A DNA stretch of 53,683 nucleotides, taken from the NCBI GenBank assembly GCA_966212015.1, contig CBIHPE010000002.1, positions 1-53,683 on the forward strand, in the 5' to 3' direction. This document shows positions 26,310 through 34,415 of this stretch, one piece after another (the stretch's first letter is position 1; each line of letters opens with the position of its first letter). Both the position numbers and the translations under genes were made by a program. Origin of the DNA: an uncultured Frankiales bacterium (GTDB lineage: Bacteria > Actinomycetota > Actinomycetes > Mycobacteriales > SCTD01). Under the pieces are notes generated by a model. The model was not told the DNA's origin and did not search any database. It saw nothing but the letters and a program-made list of their open reading frames with translations.

Positions 26310-27142
26310 CCCTCGCGACTGCCTACGAGACCTGCCGCGAGCTGCACCGCCGCCACGGCCGCAGCTACTACCTCGCGACCCGGCTGCTGCCCGCGCACAA
26401 GCGCCCCGCCGTCCACGCCCTCTACGGCTTCGCCCGCTGGTGCGACGAGATCGTCGACGACCTCGCCTCGACGCTCACGCCCGACGAGAAGGCCGCTGAG
26501 CTCGACGCCTTCGGCCGCGCCGCCCTCGACGGCACCAGCGACCACGACGTCGCTGTCGCGCTCCGCGACACGATGCAGCGCTGGGACATCCCGACCGAGC
26601 ACGTCCAGGCGTTCCTGCGGTCGATGCGGATGGACCTGACGATCGGGTCCTACAAGACCTACGACGACCTGCTGGACTACATGCACGGGTCGGCCGCCGT
26701 CATCGGCCTGCAGATGCTCCCGGTGCTGGAGCCGGTCGTCCCGCTCGACGTCGCCGCCCCCTACGCGGCGGACCTCGGCGTCGCCTTCCAGCTCACCAAC
26801 TTCCTGCGCGACGTCGGTGAGGACCTGCAGCGCGACCGGGTCTACCTCCCGCTCGAGGACCTCGACGCCTTCGGTGTCACGGTCGAGCAGCTGCGCGAGC
26901 AGGTCGTGGACGGGCGCTTCCGCCGGCTGATGGCGTTCGAGGTCGCCCGCACCCGCGAGGTCTACCGCACGGCAGGCCTCGGCATCCGGCTCCTGCACCC
27001 GTCGTCGCGCAGGTGCATCTCGCTGGCGTTGCACCTGTACGGCGGCATCCTCGACGAGATCGAGCGCGCCGACTACCGCGTGCTCGACGGTCGGGTGAGT
27101 GTCCCGACCTGGAGACGGGCGTCGGCGCTGCTGAAGGTGTAG
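26306..27142 (+). CDS. crtB: Phytoene synthase
   Basis: GTGA overlap with crtI. Squalene/phytoene synthase motifs YGFARWCDEIVDD and NFLRDVGEDLQRDRVYLP are present. Confidence 0.92.
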   Translation: MTLATAYETCRELHRRHGRSYYLATRLLPAHKRPAVHALYGFARWCDEIVDDLASTLTPDEKAAELDAFGRAALDGTSDHDVAVALRDTMQRWDIPTEHVQAFLRSMRMDLTIGSYKTYDDLLDYMHGSAAVIGLQMLPVLEPVVPLDVAAPYAADLGVAFQLTNFLRDVGEDLQRDRVYLPLEDLDAFGVTVEQLREQVVDGRFRRLMAFEVARTREVYRTAGLGIRLLHPSSRRCISLALHLYGGILDEIERADYRVLDGRVSVPTWRRASALLKV

Positions 27143-27153
27143 AGAGCACGGGT

Positions 27154-28719
27154 ATGCGTCGTTCTAGCGGTCTCCTTGCCTCGAGCGTCCTCGCCCTCAC
27201 CGGGCTCCCGCTCCTGCACGCCCCGGCCACGGCCGCACCCGCCTGCCCGGCACCTCCGAAGCTGACGTTCAACGCACCGATCTACGTCGACAAGGCACGC
27301 GCCGGCGGCGAGCCGCTCGTGGCGACCTACCCGAGCGGGCGGTTGCTCTACTCGAGCCACGCCGGCACGACGCACTTCTTCACGCCCACAGCGGTGAACC
27401 CGGGCTCGACCGCCTTCGTGCAGAACTACGCGGGCCAGACCTACGTCTGGACGAGCGACGACAACGGCAAGACCTGGACGTTCCGGCCGCGGATCGTGCC
27501 GGGCCAGGGCGTCGCAGGCTCCGGCTTCTCCGACCCGGAGTTCGCGATCGACAGCACCGGCAACGTGTTCTTCTCCGAGATCAACCTGGCCAACGTCGCC
27601 GTCTCCGCCAGCGCCGACAAGGGCAGCACCTGGTCGTTGCAGAACGTCGCCGGGGCGGTGCTGACCGACCGTCAGTGGATGGAGGCCGACCGCAAGGACG
27701 AGCTCTACTTCGTCGCGAACGGCCAGCCCGGTGGCACCGGCACCGGCATCCAGAGCGGGCACTACATCAGCAAGAGCACCGACGGCGGCAAGACGTTCAC
27801 CAACGCGATCAGCGACAGCGTCGGCGGTCAGGGGCTCGGCGACATCCGCGTCGACAAGCGCAACGGCACCGTCTACGAGGCGCACCTGACCGGCGGCAAG
27901 CTGTCGATCGCGGCCTTCCGCAAGGCCCGCAGCGGCGACCTGAAGGCCACCGACACCAACCTGGTCGCGGAGAAGGTCGCCATGACCTCGCACTGGCCGG
28001 ACTTCGACCTCGACCCGCAGGGCAACCTCTACATCACCTGGTCCGAGAGCGGGAAGGGCGGCCGTGAGGCCGGCATCTGGTACGCCCGCTCGACGACCGC
28101 GGGGCGGACCTGGTCGGCGCCGGTGAAGGTCAGCACCGGGAGCCACACGACGATCTGGCCCTGGCTCGGCGTCGGCGACAAGGGCCGGGTCGGCATCGCC
28201 TGGCTCGAAGCCGACCGCGCGCTCCCCGGCAACGACGCCCAGACCTCCGGCAGCTACCCCTGGCGGATCGTCGCGGCCGCGACCACGACAGGGCTGGGGT
28301 GCGCGCGCTTCACGGAGGCGACCGCGACGCCGACCCCGATCCACACCGGCACGATCTGCCAGGGCGGCACGACCTGCCAGGCGACGCTGACCGACCGCCG
28401 GCTCGGTGACTACTTCTCGGTCGACATCGACGGCACCGGTCGGATGTACGTCGGCTACGCCGACACCCAGGTGCCGGCTGCCGTCTCGCTCCCGGCGTTC
28501 GTGCGGCAGAAGGGCGGCCCGTCGCTGCTCGCACCCAACAGCGGCACGTCCAAGACGCCGACCGCGACCACGGGCATGCCGCCGGTGAAGGTGCCGTCGA
28601 AGGTGCTGCCCAGCGGGTCGCTCGCGGCTACCGGTCTGGGTGACCTGCTCCCGCTGTGGGGCGCTCTGGCCCTCGGTCTGTGCCTCGTGCTCGCCCGCCC
28701 CAGAAGGTCCACCAGCTGA
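27154..28719 (+). CDS. Secreted BNR/Asp-box (sialidase-fold-like) protein with an LAxTG sortase sorting signal
   Basis: A signal peptide and four Asp-boxes are present: SDDNGKTW, SADKGSTW, STDGGKTF and STTAGRTW. The C-terminus has LAATG (28621-28635), a hydrophobic helix and an RPRR tail. Confidence 0.85.
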   Translation: MRRSSGLLASSVLALTGLPLLHAPATAAPACPAPPKLTFNAPIYVDKARAGGEPLVATYPSGRLLYSSHAGTTHFFTPTAVNPGSTAFVQNYAGQTYVWTSDDNGKTWTFRPRIVPGQGVAGSGFSDPEFAIDSTGNVFFSEINLANVAVSASADKGSTWSLQNVAGAVLTDRQWMEADRKDELYFVANGQPGGTGTGIQSGHYISKSTDGGKTFTNAISDSVGGQGLGDIRVDKRNGTVYEAHLTGGKLSIAAFRKARSGDLKATDTNLVAEKVAMTSHWPDFDLDPQGNLYITWSESGKGGREAGIWYARSTTAGRTWSAPVKVSTGSHTTIWPWLGVGDKGRVGIAWLEADRALPGNDAQTSGSYPWRIVAAATTTGLGCARFTEATATPTPIHTGTICQGGTTCQATLTDRRLGDYFSVDIDGTGRMYVGYADTQVPAAVSLPAFVRQKGGPSLLAPNSGTSKTPTATTGMPPVKVPSKVLPSGSLAATGLGDLLPLWGALALGLCLVLARPRRSTS

Positions 28720-28978
28720 GCGTCTGGACGACGAGCGCGAACCCGAACAGCAGGTCCTCGACCGGAGCGAAGACGAGCCTCGCGCCGAGGATCGTGGACG
28801 GGTCGTAGGTGACGACGTCGCGACCGGTGAGCACGCCGTTGGTCGCGAGCTGGAAGCCGAGGATGATGGCGTAGGCGATCCAGAACGCCTGCTGCGCAAG
28901 GACTCTCGTCCTCAGCACGACCAGGTCGAGCAAAACCGTGACGGGGACGGCGAGCAGGGCGGCGGTGGTGTAGGTCAT
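28628..28978 (-). CDS. Lycopene cyclase domain protein, second subunit (CrtYd-like)
   Basis: ATGA overlap with the upstream subunit. The protein is small and three-TM-like with PVEDLLFGF. Its 3' end overlaps the convergent BNR gene by 92 nt. Confidence 0.78.
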   Translation of the reverse strand: MTYTTAALLAVPVTVLLDLVVLRTRVLAQQAFWIAYAIILGFQLATNGVLTGRDVVTYDPSTILGARLVFAPVEDLLFGFALVVQTLSWWTFWGGRARGTDRGPERPTAGAGHPDR

Positions 28979-29271
28979 GGCCGCTTCCGCCGTACGGCCT
29001 CGTAGCCGAGCACCGAGCACAGCGGGATCACGACGAAGAACGCCAGCTCCTCCAGCGGGAGCCCCAGCACCCGCGGCGACAGCACCTGCGCGGGGTCGAA
29101 GCGCCAGTGGTGGGCGTGCACGGCGAGCACGTCCCAGGTGACGAACACCGCGGCGACCGGCAGCAGCGTCATCAGCAGCCGTCGCCACTGGCGGTAGACG
29201 CCGACGTGCAGCACCAGCTCGAGCGGCAGGGTGCCGAGCAGGCACGCACCGAGCACGAGCAGGTACGTCAC
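28975..29271 (-). CDS. Lycopene cyclase domain protein, first subunit (CrtYc-like)
   Basis: 98-aa product with [13 protein letters not shown]. The GTG start overlaps the thiE stop as GTGA. Confidence 0.82.
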   Translation of the reverse strand: MTYLLVLGACLLGTLPLELVLHVGVYRQWRRLLMTLLPVAAVFVTWDVLAVHAHHWRFDPAQVLSPRVLGLPLEELAFFVVIPLCSVLGYEAVRRKRP

Positions 29272-29888
29272 AGTCGGGCCCTGAAGGCCGCCGCGGCAGC
29301 CCGTGGGTCAGCGGCCTCGGTGAGAGCCCGGACCACGACGACCCGGGTGGCACCCGCGTCGAGGACCTGATCGAGGTTGTCGAGGTCGATGCCACCGATC
29401 GCGAACCACGGCCGGTCGGTCCCGAGCGAGGCCGCGAACCGGGTCAGGGCGAGGCCCGGCGCCGGACGCCCGGGCTTCGTCGGCGTGGGCCAGGTCGGGC
29501 CGACGCAGAAGTAGTCGACCCCCTCCTCGACCGCGGCTGCGGACACCTGAGCCTCGTCGTGGGTCGACCGCCCGATGAGCACGTCGGGAAGCAGCGACCG
29601 GGCGAAGGGCACCGGCAGGTCGTCCTGCCCGAGGTGCAGCACGTCGGCGCGCGACGCGTGGGCGACGTCGGCCCGGTCGTTCACCGACCACAGCGCACCG
29701 TGCCGCTCGGCGGCTTCACGCACCACGGACAGCAGCTCCAGCTCGCGCTTCGCCTCGATGCCCTTCTCCCGCAGCTGCACGACGTCGACCCCGCCGGCCA
29801 GCACCTCCTCGAGGAAGTCGGCGAGGTCGGGCCGGTCCGGGGTGCAGAGGTACAGCCGGGCGTCCTGGAGCCGCGCGTGCCTATCCAC
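29268..29888 (-). CDS. thiE: Thiamine-phosphate synthase
   Basis: [25 protein letters not shown] and FAIGGI blocks are present. The GTG at 29888 overlaps the thiS stop by 8 nt. An alternative ATG at 29921 would overlap more. Confidence 0.9.
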   Translation of the reverse strand: MDRHARLQDARLYLCTPDRPDLADFLEEVLAGGVDVVQLREKGIEAKRELELLSVVREAAERHGALWSVNDRADVAHASRADVLHLGQDDLPVPFARSLLPDVLIGRSTHDEAQVSAAAVEEGVDYFCVGPTWPTPTKPGRPAPGLALTRFAASLGTDRPWFAIGGIDLDNLDQVLDAGATRVVVVRALTEAADPRAAAAAFRARL

Positions 29889-30081
29889 CGGCCACCGCCC
29901 GGACCAGCTCCAGCACGTCACCGTCCGACAACCCGGTCGAGGGCACCTCGGACGGCAGCAGCGCCGTCCCGTTGAGCTCGACGACGACGGAGCGCACGGG
30001 CAGCCCGAGCTGCTCGAGCAGGGCCACCAGGGACGTACCGTCCTCGACGTCCCGCCCGTCCCCGTTGACCGTCAGGTGCAT
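29881..30081 (-). CDS. thiS: Sulfur-carrier protein ThiS
   Basis: The 66-aa product ends in GG and has the VNG...LL..LG...VVVELNG...DGDVLELV pattern. Confidence 0.85.
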   Translation of the reverse strand: MHLTVNGDGRDVEDGTSLVALLEQLGLPVRSVVVELNGTALLPSEVPSTGLSDGDVLELVRAVAGG

Positions 30082-30398
30082 CAGAACGCGAGGGCCTGCG
30101 CGCGCCGCTTGACCTCCGTCGCCCGGTTCTCGTGGAGCGCCTGGAAGGGCGTGCCCGGCAGCGAGTCGTCGGCCGTCGTCAGCCAGCCGTACGCCTCCTC
30201 GGGCGAGTAGCCCGCGTCGTGCAGCAGGGTCAGCACGCCGAACAGGTGCTTCACGGGCAGGGCGCCGTCGAGCGCCTCCTCGGGGACGACGATGCCCTCG
30301 TCGGTCCGGATCGCGAGCAGCTTGTGCTCGCTGATGAGGGTCTTGACCGCGTTGGTGGAGATGCCCATCCGCTCGGCCACCTCGGAGTACGTCAGCAC
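30081..30398 (-). CDS. Rv2175c-like helix-turn-helix DNA-binding protein
   Basis: N-terminal HTH LTYSEVAERMGISTNAVKTLI and a C-terminal ...EVKRRAQALAF tail match my recollection of the Rv2175c family. The stop shares one base with the thiS ATG (TGATG). Confidence 0.72.
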   Translation of the reverse strand: MLTYSEVAERMGISTNAVKTLISEHKLLAIRTDEGIVVPEEALDGALPVKHLFGVLTLLHDAGYSPEEAYGWLTTADDSLPGTPFQALHENRATEVKRRAQALAF

Positions 30399-30451
30399 GG
30401 GGGTGAGCCTACGGGTTGACCGTGCCGCGCTCAGACGTGAAGATCCTTCAC

Positions 30452-31741
30452 ATGTGGCGGAACTGGGCCGGCAACCAGGCGATGTCCCCTGCGCAGGTCG
30501 TGCGCCCGCGGGGGGCCGAGGAGATCGCGTCGGCGGTGAAGGAAGCGGCGTCCGCGGGGCGCCGGGTGAAGGCGATCGGCTCCGGGCACTCCTTCACCGG
30601 CATCGGCCTGACGGACGGAGTGCTGCTGCAGCTCGACCGGCACACCGACCTCATCAGGGTCGACCAGGACGCCCAGCAGGTCACGGTCGCCGCCGGCATG
30701 CCCTTGAGCGTGCTCAACGCCACCCTCATCGAGCACGGCCTCGGCCTGACCAACATGGGCGACATCGACGTCCAGACCGTCTCGGGCGCCATCTCGACGG
30801 GCACCCACGGCACGGGTCGCGCCAGCGGCTCGATCGCGCACCAGGTGGCCGGCCTCGAGCTCGCGCTGGCCGACGGGTCGGTGGTCACCTGCTCGCGCAC
30901 CGAGCGGCCCGAGCTGTTCGAGATGGCCCGGGTCGGCCTCGGCGCTCTCGGCGTCATCACGGCCGTCACCTTCCAGGCCGAGCCGATGTTCGCCCTCACC
31001 GCCGACGAGCGGCCGATGCCCCTCGACGACGTCCTCGACGGGTTCGAGGAGCTGGTCGCCGGCAACGAGCACTTCGAGTTCTACTGGTTCCCCCACACCC
31101 GGATCGCCCTCACCAAGCGCAACAACCGGTCGACCGAGCTCGCCCCGCTGAGCAAGCGCCGGGCCTACATCGACGACGAGCTGCTCTCGAACAAGCTCTT
31201 CGAAGCCACCTGCCGCACCGGTGCACTGATGCCGCGGCTCATCCCCGGCATCAACAAGGTCGCGGCCCGAGCCCTCTCGGCCCGCACCTACACCGACGTC
31301 GCTCCGCACGTCTTCACGTCGCCGCGCAAGGTGCGCTTCTGCGAGATGGAGTACGCCATCCCGCGCGCCGACCTGCCTGCCGTGTTCCGCGAGCTGACGA
31401 CGCTGCCCGAGAGCATCGGCGAGCGGATCAGCTTCCCCGTCGAGTGCCGTGTGGCGCCGGCCGACGACATCCCGCTGTCGACCGCGAGCGGCCGCGACTC
31501 GGCGTACGTCGCCGTGCACGTCTTCCGTGGCACCCGCTTCGACCGCTACTTCGACGCCGTCGAGAAGCTGATGGGCACGGTCGCCGGACGCCCGCACTGG
31601 GGCAAGCTGCACAACCTCGACGCGGAGGTGCTGCGCGAGCGCTACCCGCGCTTCGACGACTTCCGCGCGACCCGCAGGCAGCTCGACCCCGAGGGCGTGT
31701 TCCGCAACGCCTACCTGGACCGCGTGCTCGGCCCGGTGTAG
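30452..31741 (+). CDS. FAD-linked D-arabinono-/L-gulono-1,4-lactone oxidase/dehydrogenase family protein
   Basis: Starts MWRNWAGNQ. The covalent-FAD region GSGHSF and the C-terminal ALO domain GRPHWGK are present. An upstream TTG at 30416 is an alternative start. Confidence 0.87.
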   Translation: MWRNWAGNQAMSPAQVVRPRGAEEIASAVKEAASAGRRVKAIGSGHSFTGIGLTDGVLLQLDRHTDLIRVDQDAQQVTVAAGMPLSVLNATLIEHGLGLTNMGDIDVQTVSGAISTGTHGTGRASGSIAHQVAGLELALADGSVVTCSRTERPELFEMARVGLGALGVITAVTFQAEPMFALTADERPMPLDDVLDGFEELVAGNEHFEFYWFPHTRIALTKRNNRSTELAPLSKRRAYIDDELLSNKLFEATCRTGALMPRLIPGINKVAARALSARTYTDVAPHVFTSPRKVRFCEMEYAIPRADLPAVFRELTTLPESIGERISFPVECRVAPADDIPLSTASGRDSAYVAVHVFRGTRFDRYFDAVEKLMGTVAGRPHWGKLHNLDAEVLRERYPRFDDFRATRRQLDPEGVFRNAYLDRVLGPV

Positions 31742-32193
31742 TCGGCGACGTTGCGCAGGTTCTGCGCGGCGTAACCCCGCCACAGCGGAACGAGCACGGC
31801 CTTGATGAACCACGTCCTTCCCGGCTTCGGGAGGAACGTGTAGGTCCAGGTGACCTCGGTCCGGTCGCCGACAGCCACGAAGGACCAGTCGCCCTCGGCA
31901 CCCTCGACGAGGGCCTTCAGCGGTCCGGTCAGCTCGGTGAGCCGGTAGCCGAAGCCGGTCGGCACGTCGAAGCGCGTGAGCTCCTCGCGGAACGACCCGC
32001 CGTCTGACAGCCGGAGCGTCCGGGTCTGCCCGACGGCGTCCCAGTCACCGACCTGGTCCTCGATGCCCGAGACACCCGGGAGGATGCCCTTTCGCTTGAA
32101 CACCAAGGGTAGTGGCATCGGCGCCACCTCGTGGATCGCCCGCTTGAGCGGGAGGTCCAGCAGCTGCTTCACGACCACGGGTACGCGCGACAT
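31711..32193 (-). CDS. SRPBCC-like protein
   Basis: The 160-aa product has a START-like fold pattern, but the assignment is weak. It overlaps the upstream gene convergently by 31 nt. Confidence 0.55.
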   Translation of the reverse strand: MSRVPVVVKQLLDLPLKRAIHEVAPMPLPLVFKRKGILPGVSGIEDQVGDWDAVGQTRTLRLSDGGSFREELTRFDVPTGFGYRLTELTGPLKALVEGAEGDWSFVAVGDRTEVTWTYTFLPKPGRTWFIKAVLVPLWRGYAAQNLRNVADYTGPSTRSR

Positions 32194-32212
32194 GAGTCAC
32201 GGTAGAGCCGGG

Positions 32213-33052
32213 TCAGGCGGTCGCGCCTGCTGTGGCGAGCGACCACTCGACAGCGTCCGCGATGTCCAGGACCGGGTAGCGGACGGCTGTGACGAGACGG
32301 TCGCTGTCGACCACGAGGACGGCGCGACGGAGGCGCACCTGGTCGGCGACCCGCACGGTCGGCAGCCGGAGCGCTGCGGCGGCGGAGAGCTCGGCGTCCG
32401 ACAGCAGCGCGAAGGGGATGCCCTCGAGCTCGGCGAACCCGCGCTGCTCCTCGGGCCGCTGCGTCGACAGCCCCTGCACGGCGATGCCGCGCGCGAGGAA
32501 CTCGGCGTGGCGGTCACGGAACAGCCGGTTCTCCAGGGTGCAGCCCGCAGCGCCCGGGACGTCCGTCCAGCCCTCGGGCAGCGGCGTCGGCGCACCGGTG
32601 GCGGGATAGGCGAACAGCACCCCCGGTCCGAGCGGCGCCCCGGTGGTGGACGGCAGCTCCAGCTCCGGCACCCGCTGGCCGACCAGGGCGTGCACCCGAC
32701 GACCGTCGACCTCGGTGGCCGTGGCGGTCACCTCGCCGTCGCCGAGGACCCAGCGGTCGCCCCAGTCCTGGAGGCCGACCAGGACCGGCAGCAGCGCCCG
32801 GCCGGCATCGCTGAGCAGGTAGTCGTGCCGTGGCGGGTTGTCCTGGTACGGGACCCGGTGGACCAGCCCGGCCTCCTGCAGGTGACCGAGGCGCTCGGTC
32901 AGGACCTTGCGGGAGATGCCGAGCTCCGCGACCAGCGCCCCGAACCGGTGGTGACCCCGCGCGACCTCCTGGACCACCAGCCAGCACCACCGGTCGGTGA
33001 GGACGTCGGTGGCCGCGGTGACGGCGCAGGTGGGATCGGGCACGGGTTCCAT
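32213..33052 (-). CDS. HxlR-type winged-helix regulator fused to a peroxiredoxin/redoxin-like domain
   Basis: The N-terminus CAVTAATDVLTDRWCWLVVQEV...HRFGALVAELGISRKVLTERL is HxlR-like and keeps the conserved N-terminal Cys. The C-terminal half has an AhpC/TSA-like core with GCTLE and LVVD. Confidence 0.78.
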   Translation of the reverse strand: MEPVPDPTCAVTAATDVLTDRWCWLVVQEVARGHHRFGALVAELGISRKVLTERLGHLQEAGLVHRVPYQDNPPRHDYLLSDAGRALLPVLVGLQDWGDRWVLGDGEVTATATEVDGRRVHALVGQRVPELELPSTTGAPLGPGVLFAYPATGAPTPLPEGWTDVPGAAGCTLENRLFRDRHAEFLARGIAVQGLSTQRPEEQRGFAELEGIPFALLSDAELSAAAALRLPTVRVADQVRLRRAVLVVDSDRLVTAVRYPVLDIADAVEWSLATAGATA

Positions 33053-33066
33053 GGTAGTAAGTCTCC

Positions 33067-34230
33067 GTGGGGAACTCACTCCGGAACGCGCCGGCCTGGC
33101 TCCGGCTGCTGCTCGTCGGGCAGGTGGTCAGCGCCGCGGGCTCGCTGGCCTGGCTGTTCCTGACGCTCTACCTGGTCCAGTCGCGCGGGCTCGCGACGAG
33201 CGCGGCCGCGCTCGTCACGGCGGCGTACGGCATCGCCTCGATCGCGGGCAACCTGCTCGGCGGGTCGGTCGGCGACCGCATCGGCCTGCGGCCCGTGCTC
33301 GTGACGTCGAAGGCGGTGGCCCTCGCGGCGGTCGCCGTGTTCCCCTTCTCCCCCACCTCGCTGCTGGCCGTGGTCGCGGTCGTCGCCGGCTTCGCCTCGG
33401 GCGTCGGGCGACCGCTCATGAGCGCCCTGGTCGCGGGCGGCATGCCGGCGGAGCTCCGCCGGGAGGCGATCGCGTGGTTCCGCGCGGCCAACAACGCCGG
33501 GATCGTGATCGGCCCGCCGCTCGGCGGGCTGCTCGCCGTCCACCACTTCGCCGTCGTCTTCGTCCTCGACGCGGCCTCGTCGGCGGTCCTCCTCGTGGTG
33601 GTCGCCCGCTTCGTACCCTCCGGAGGGCGGCCGCGCAGGGTCGACGGGCACCTGCTCCGCGCGCTCGTCGACGACGCGCACGTGCGACGACTGGTGCTGA
33701 CGGTGCTGGCGGTCGACACGACGTACCGCCTGCTCTACACCGCACTGCCGCTGTTCCTGCGCGACCACGGCGCCCCGCCCGTGGTCTACGGGCTCACCGT
33801 CACCGTCAACGCGCTCGCGATCGTCTGCTTCGAGCCGCGGGTCGCGCGGCGGCTGGCGGGCCACGCGGCCTGGCCGGTCATCGGAGCCGGGTACGCGCTC
33901 GTCGGCGCGGGCTGGCTGCTGCTCGGCGCCGTGCCGCTCGTCGCAGGCGCCCTGCTGGCCGTCGTCGTCATCAGCGCCGGCGAGATGCTCTACAAGCCCA
34001 CGGCGACGGCCTTCGCCGCCGAGCTGGCACCTGAGGGCATGGAGGGCCGCTACCAGTCGCTGTACGCCGCCGCATCCATCGGGGGGATGCTGCTGAGCCC
34101 CCTGCTCGGGACCACCCTCTACGGGGCCGTGCCGTGGCTGGTGTGGCCTGCTGCGGGGGTGCTGGCGCTCGGGATGGCGGCTGTCACGCCGAGAGGCCGC
34201 ACCCAGGTCATGGGTGCGGCCTCTCGATAA
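33067..34230 (+). CDS. MFS transporter
   Basis: A 12-TM-like profile and the MFS loop motif GSVGDRIGLRP are present. It is divergent from the HxlR-fusion gene with 14 bp between the start codons. Confidence 0.87.
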   Translation: MGNSLRNAPAWLRLLLVGQVVSAAGSLAWLFLTLYLVQSRGLATSAAALVTAAYGIASIAGNLLGGSVGDRIGLRPVLVTSKAVALAAVAVFPFSPTSLLAVVAVVAGFASGVGRPLMSALVAGGMPAELRREAIAWFRAANNAGIVIGPPLGGLLAVHHFAVVFVLDAASSAVLLVVVARFVPSGGRPRRVDGHLLRALVDDAHVRRLVLTVLAVDTTYRLLYTALPLFLRDHGAPPVVYGLTVTVNALAIVCFEPRVARRLAGHAAWPVIGAGYALVGAGWLLLGAVPLVAGALLAVVVISAGEMLYKPTATAFAAELAPEGMEGRYQSLYAAASIGGMLLSPLLGTTLYGAVPWLVWPAAGVLALGMAAVTPRGRTQVMGAASR

Positions 34231-34415
34231 GCGGTCGGAGCCGTGCACCCCCCTCAAGGGCACGGACCCGGTGGCCGCGTCTCAAGAAGAGTGCAGCCAG
34301 ATAACGGATCGGCACACGGGAACTCGGACAGTTGATCCGAAAGGACCATGATCGAGTAGCCCGGTTCACCCGGATGCCAGTCATGCGCTTACTCCCACGC
34401 GGGTAACGTCGCAGG

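Noticed and set aside
30399-30451. I looked for a TPP (thi-box) riboswitch upstream of the thiS-thiE unit, and also inside 29880-30400.
   Set aside because: Only about 53 nt of non-coding DNA is available. I could find no CUGAGA...ACCUGAUCUGGAUAAUGCCAGCG-like core on the minus strand. The region upstream of thiS is a well-supported coding gene.
34208-34385. Minus-strand ORF tail (MTGIRVNRATRSWSFRINCP...) crossing the 34231-34415 gap.
   Set aside because: Its third-codon-position GC, roughly 60 percent by eye, is far below that of the genuine genes here. The product is Arg-rich and the ORF overlaps the MFS stop, so I treat it as non-coding.
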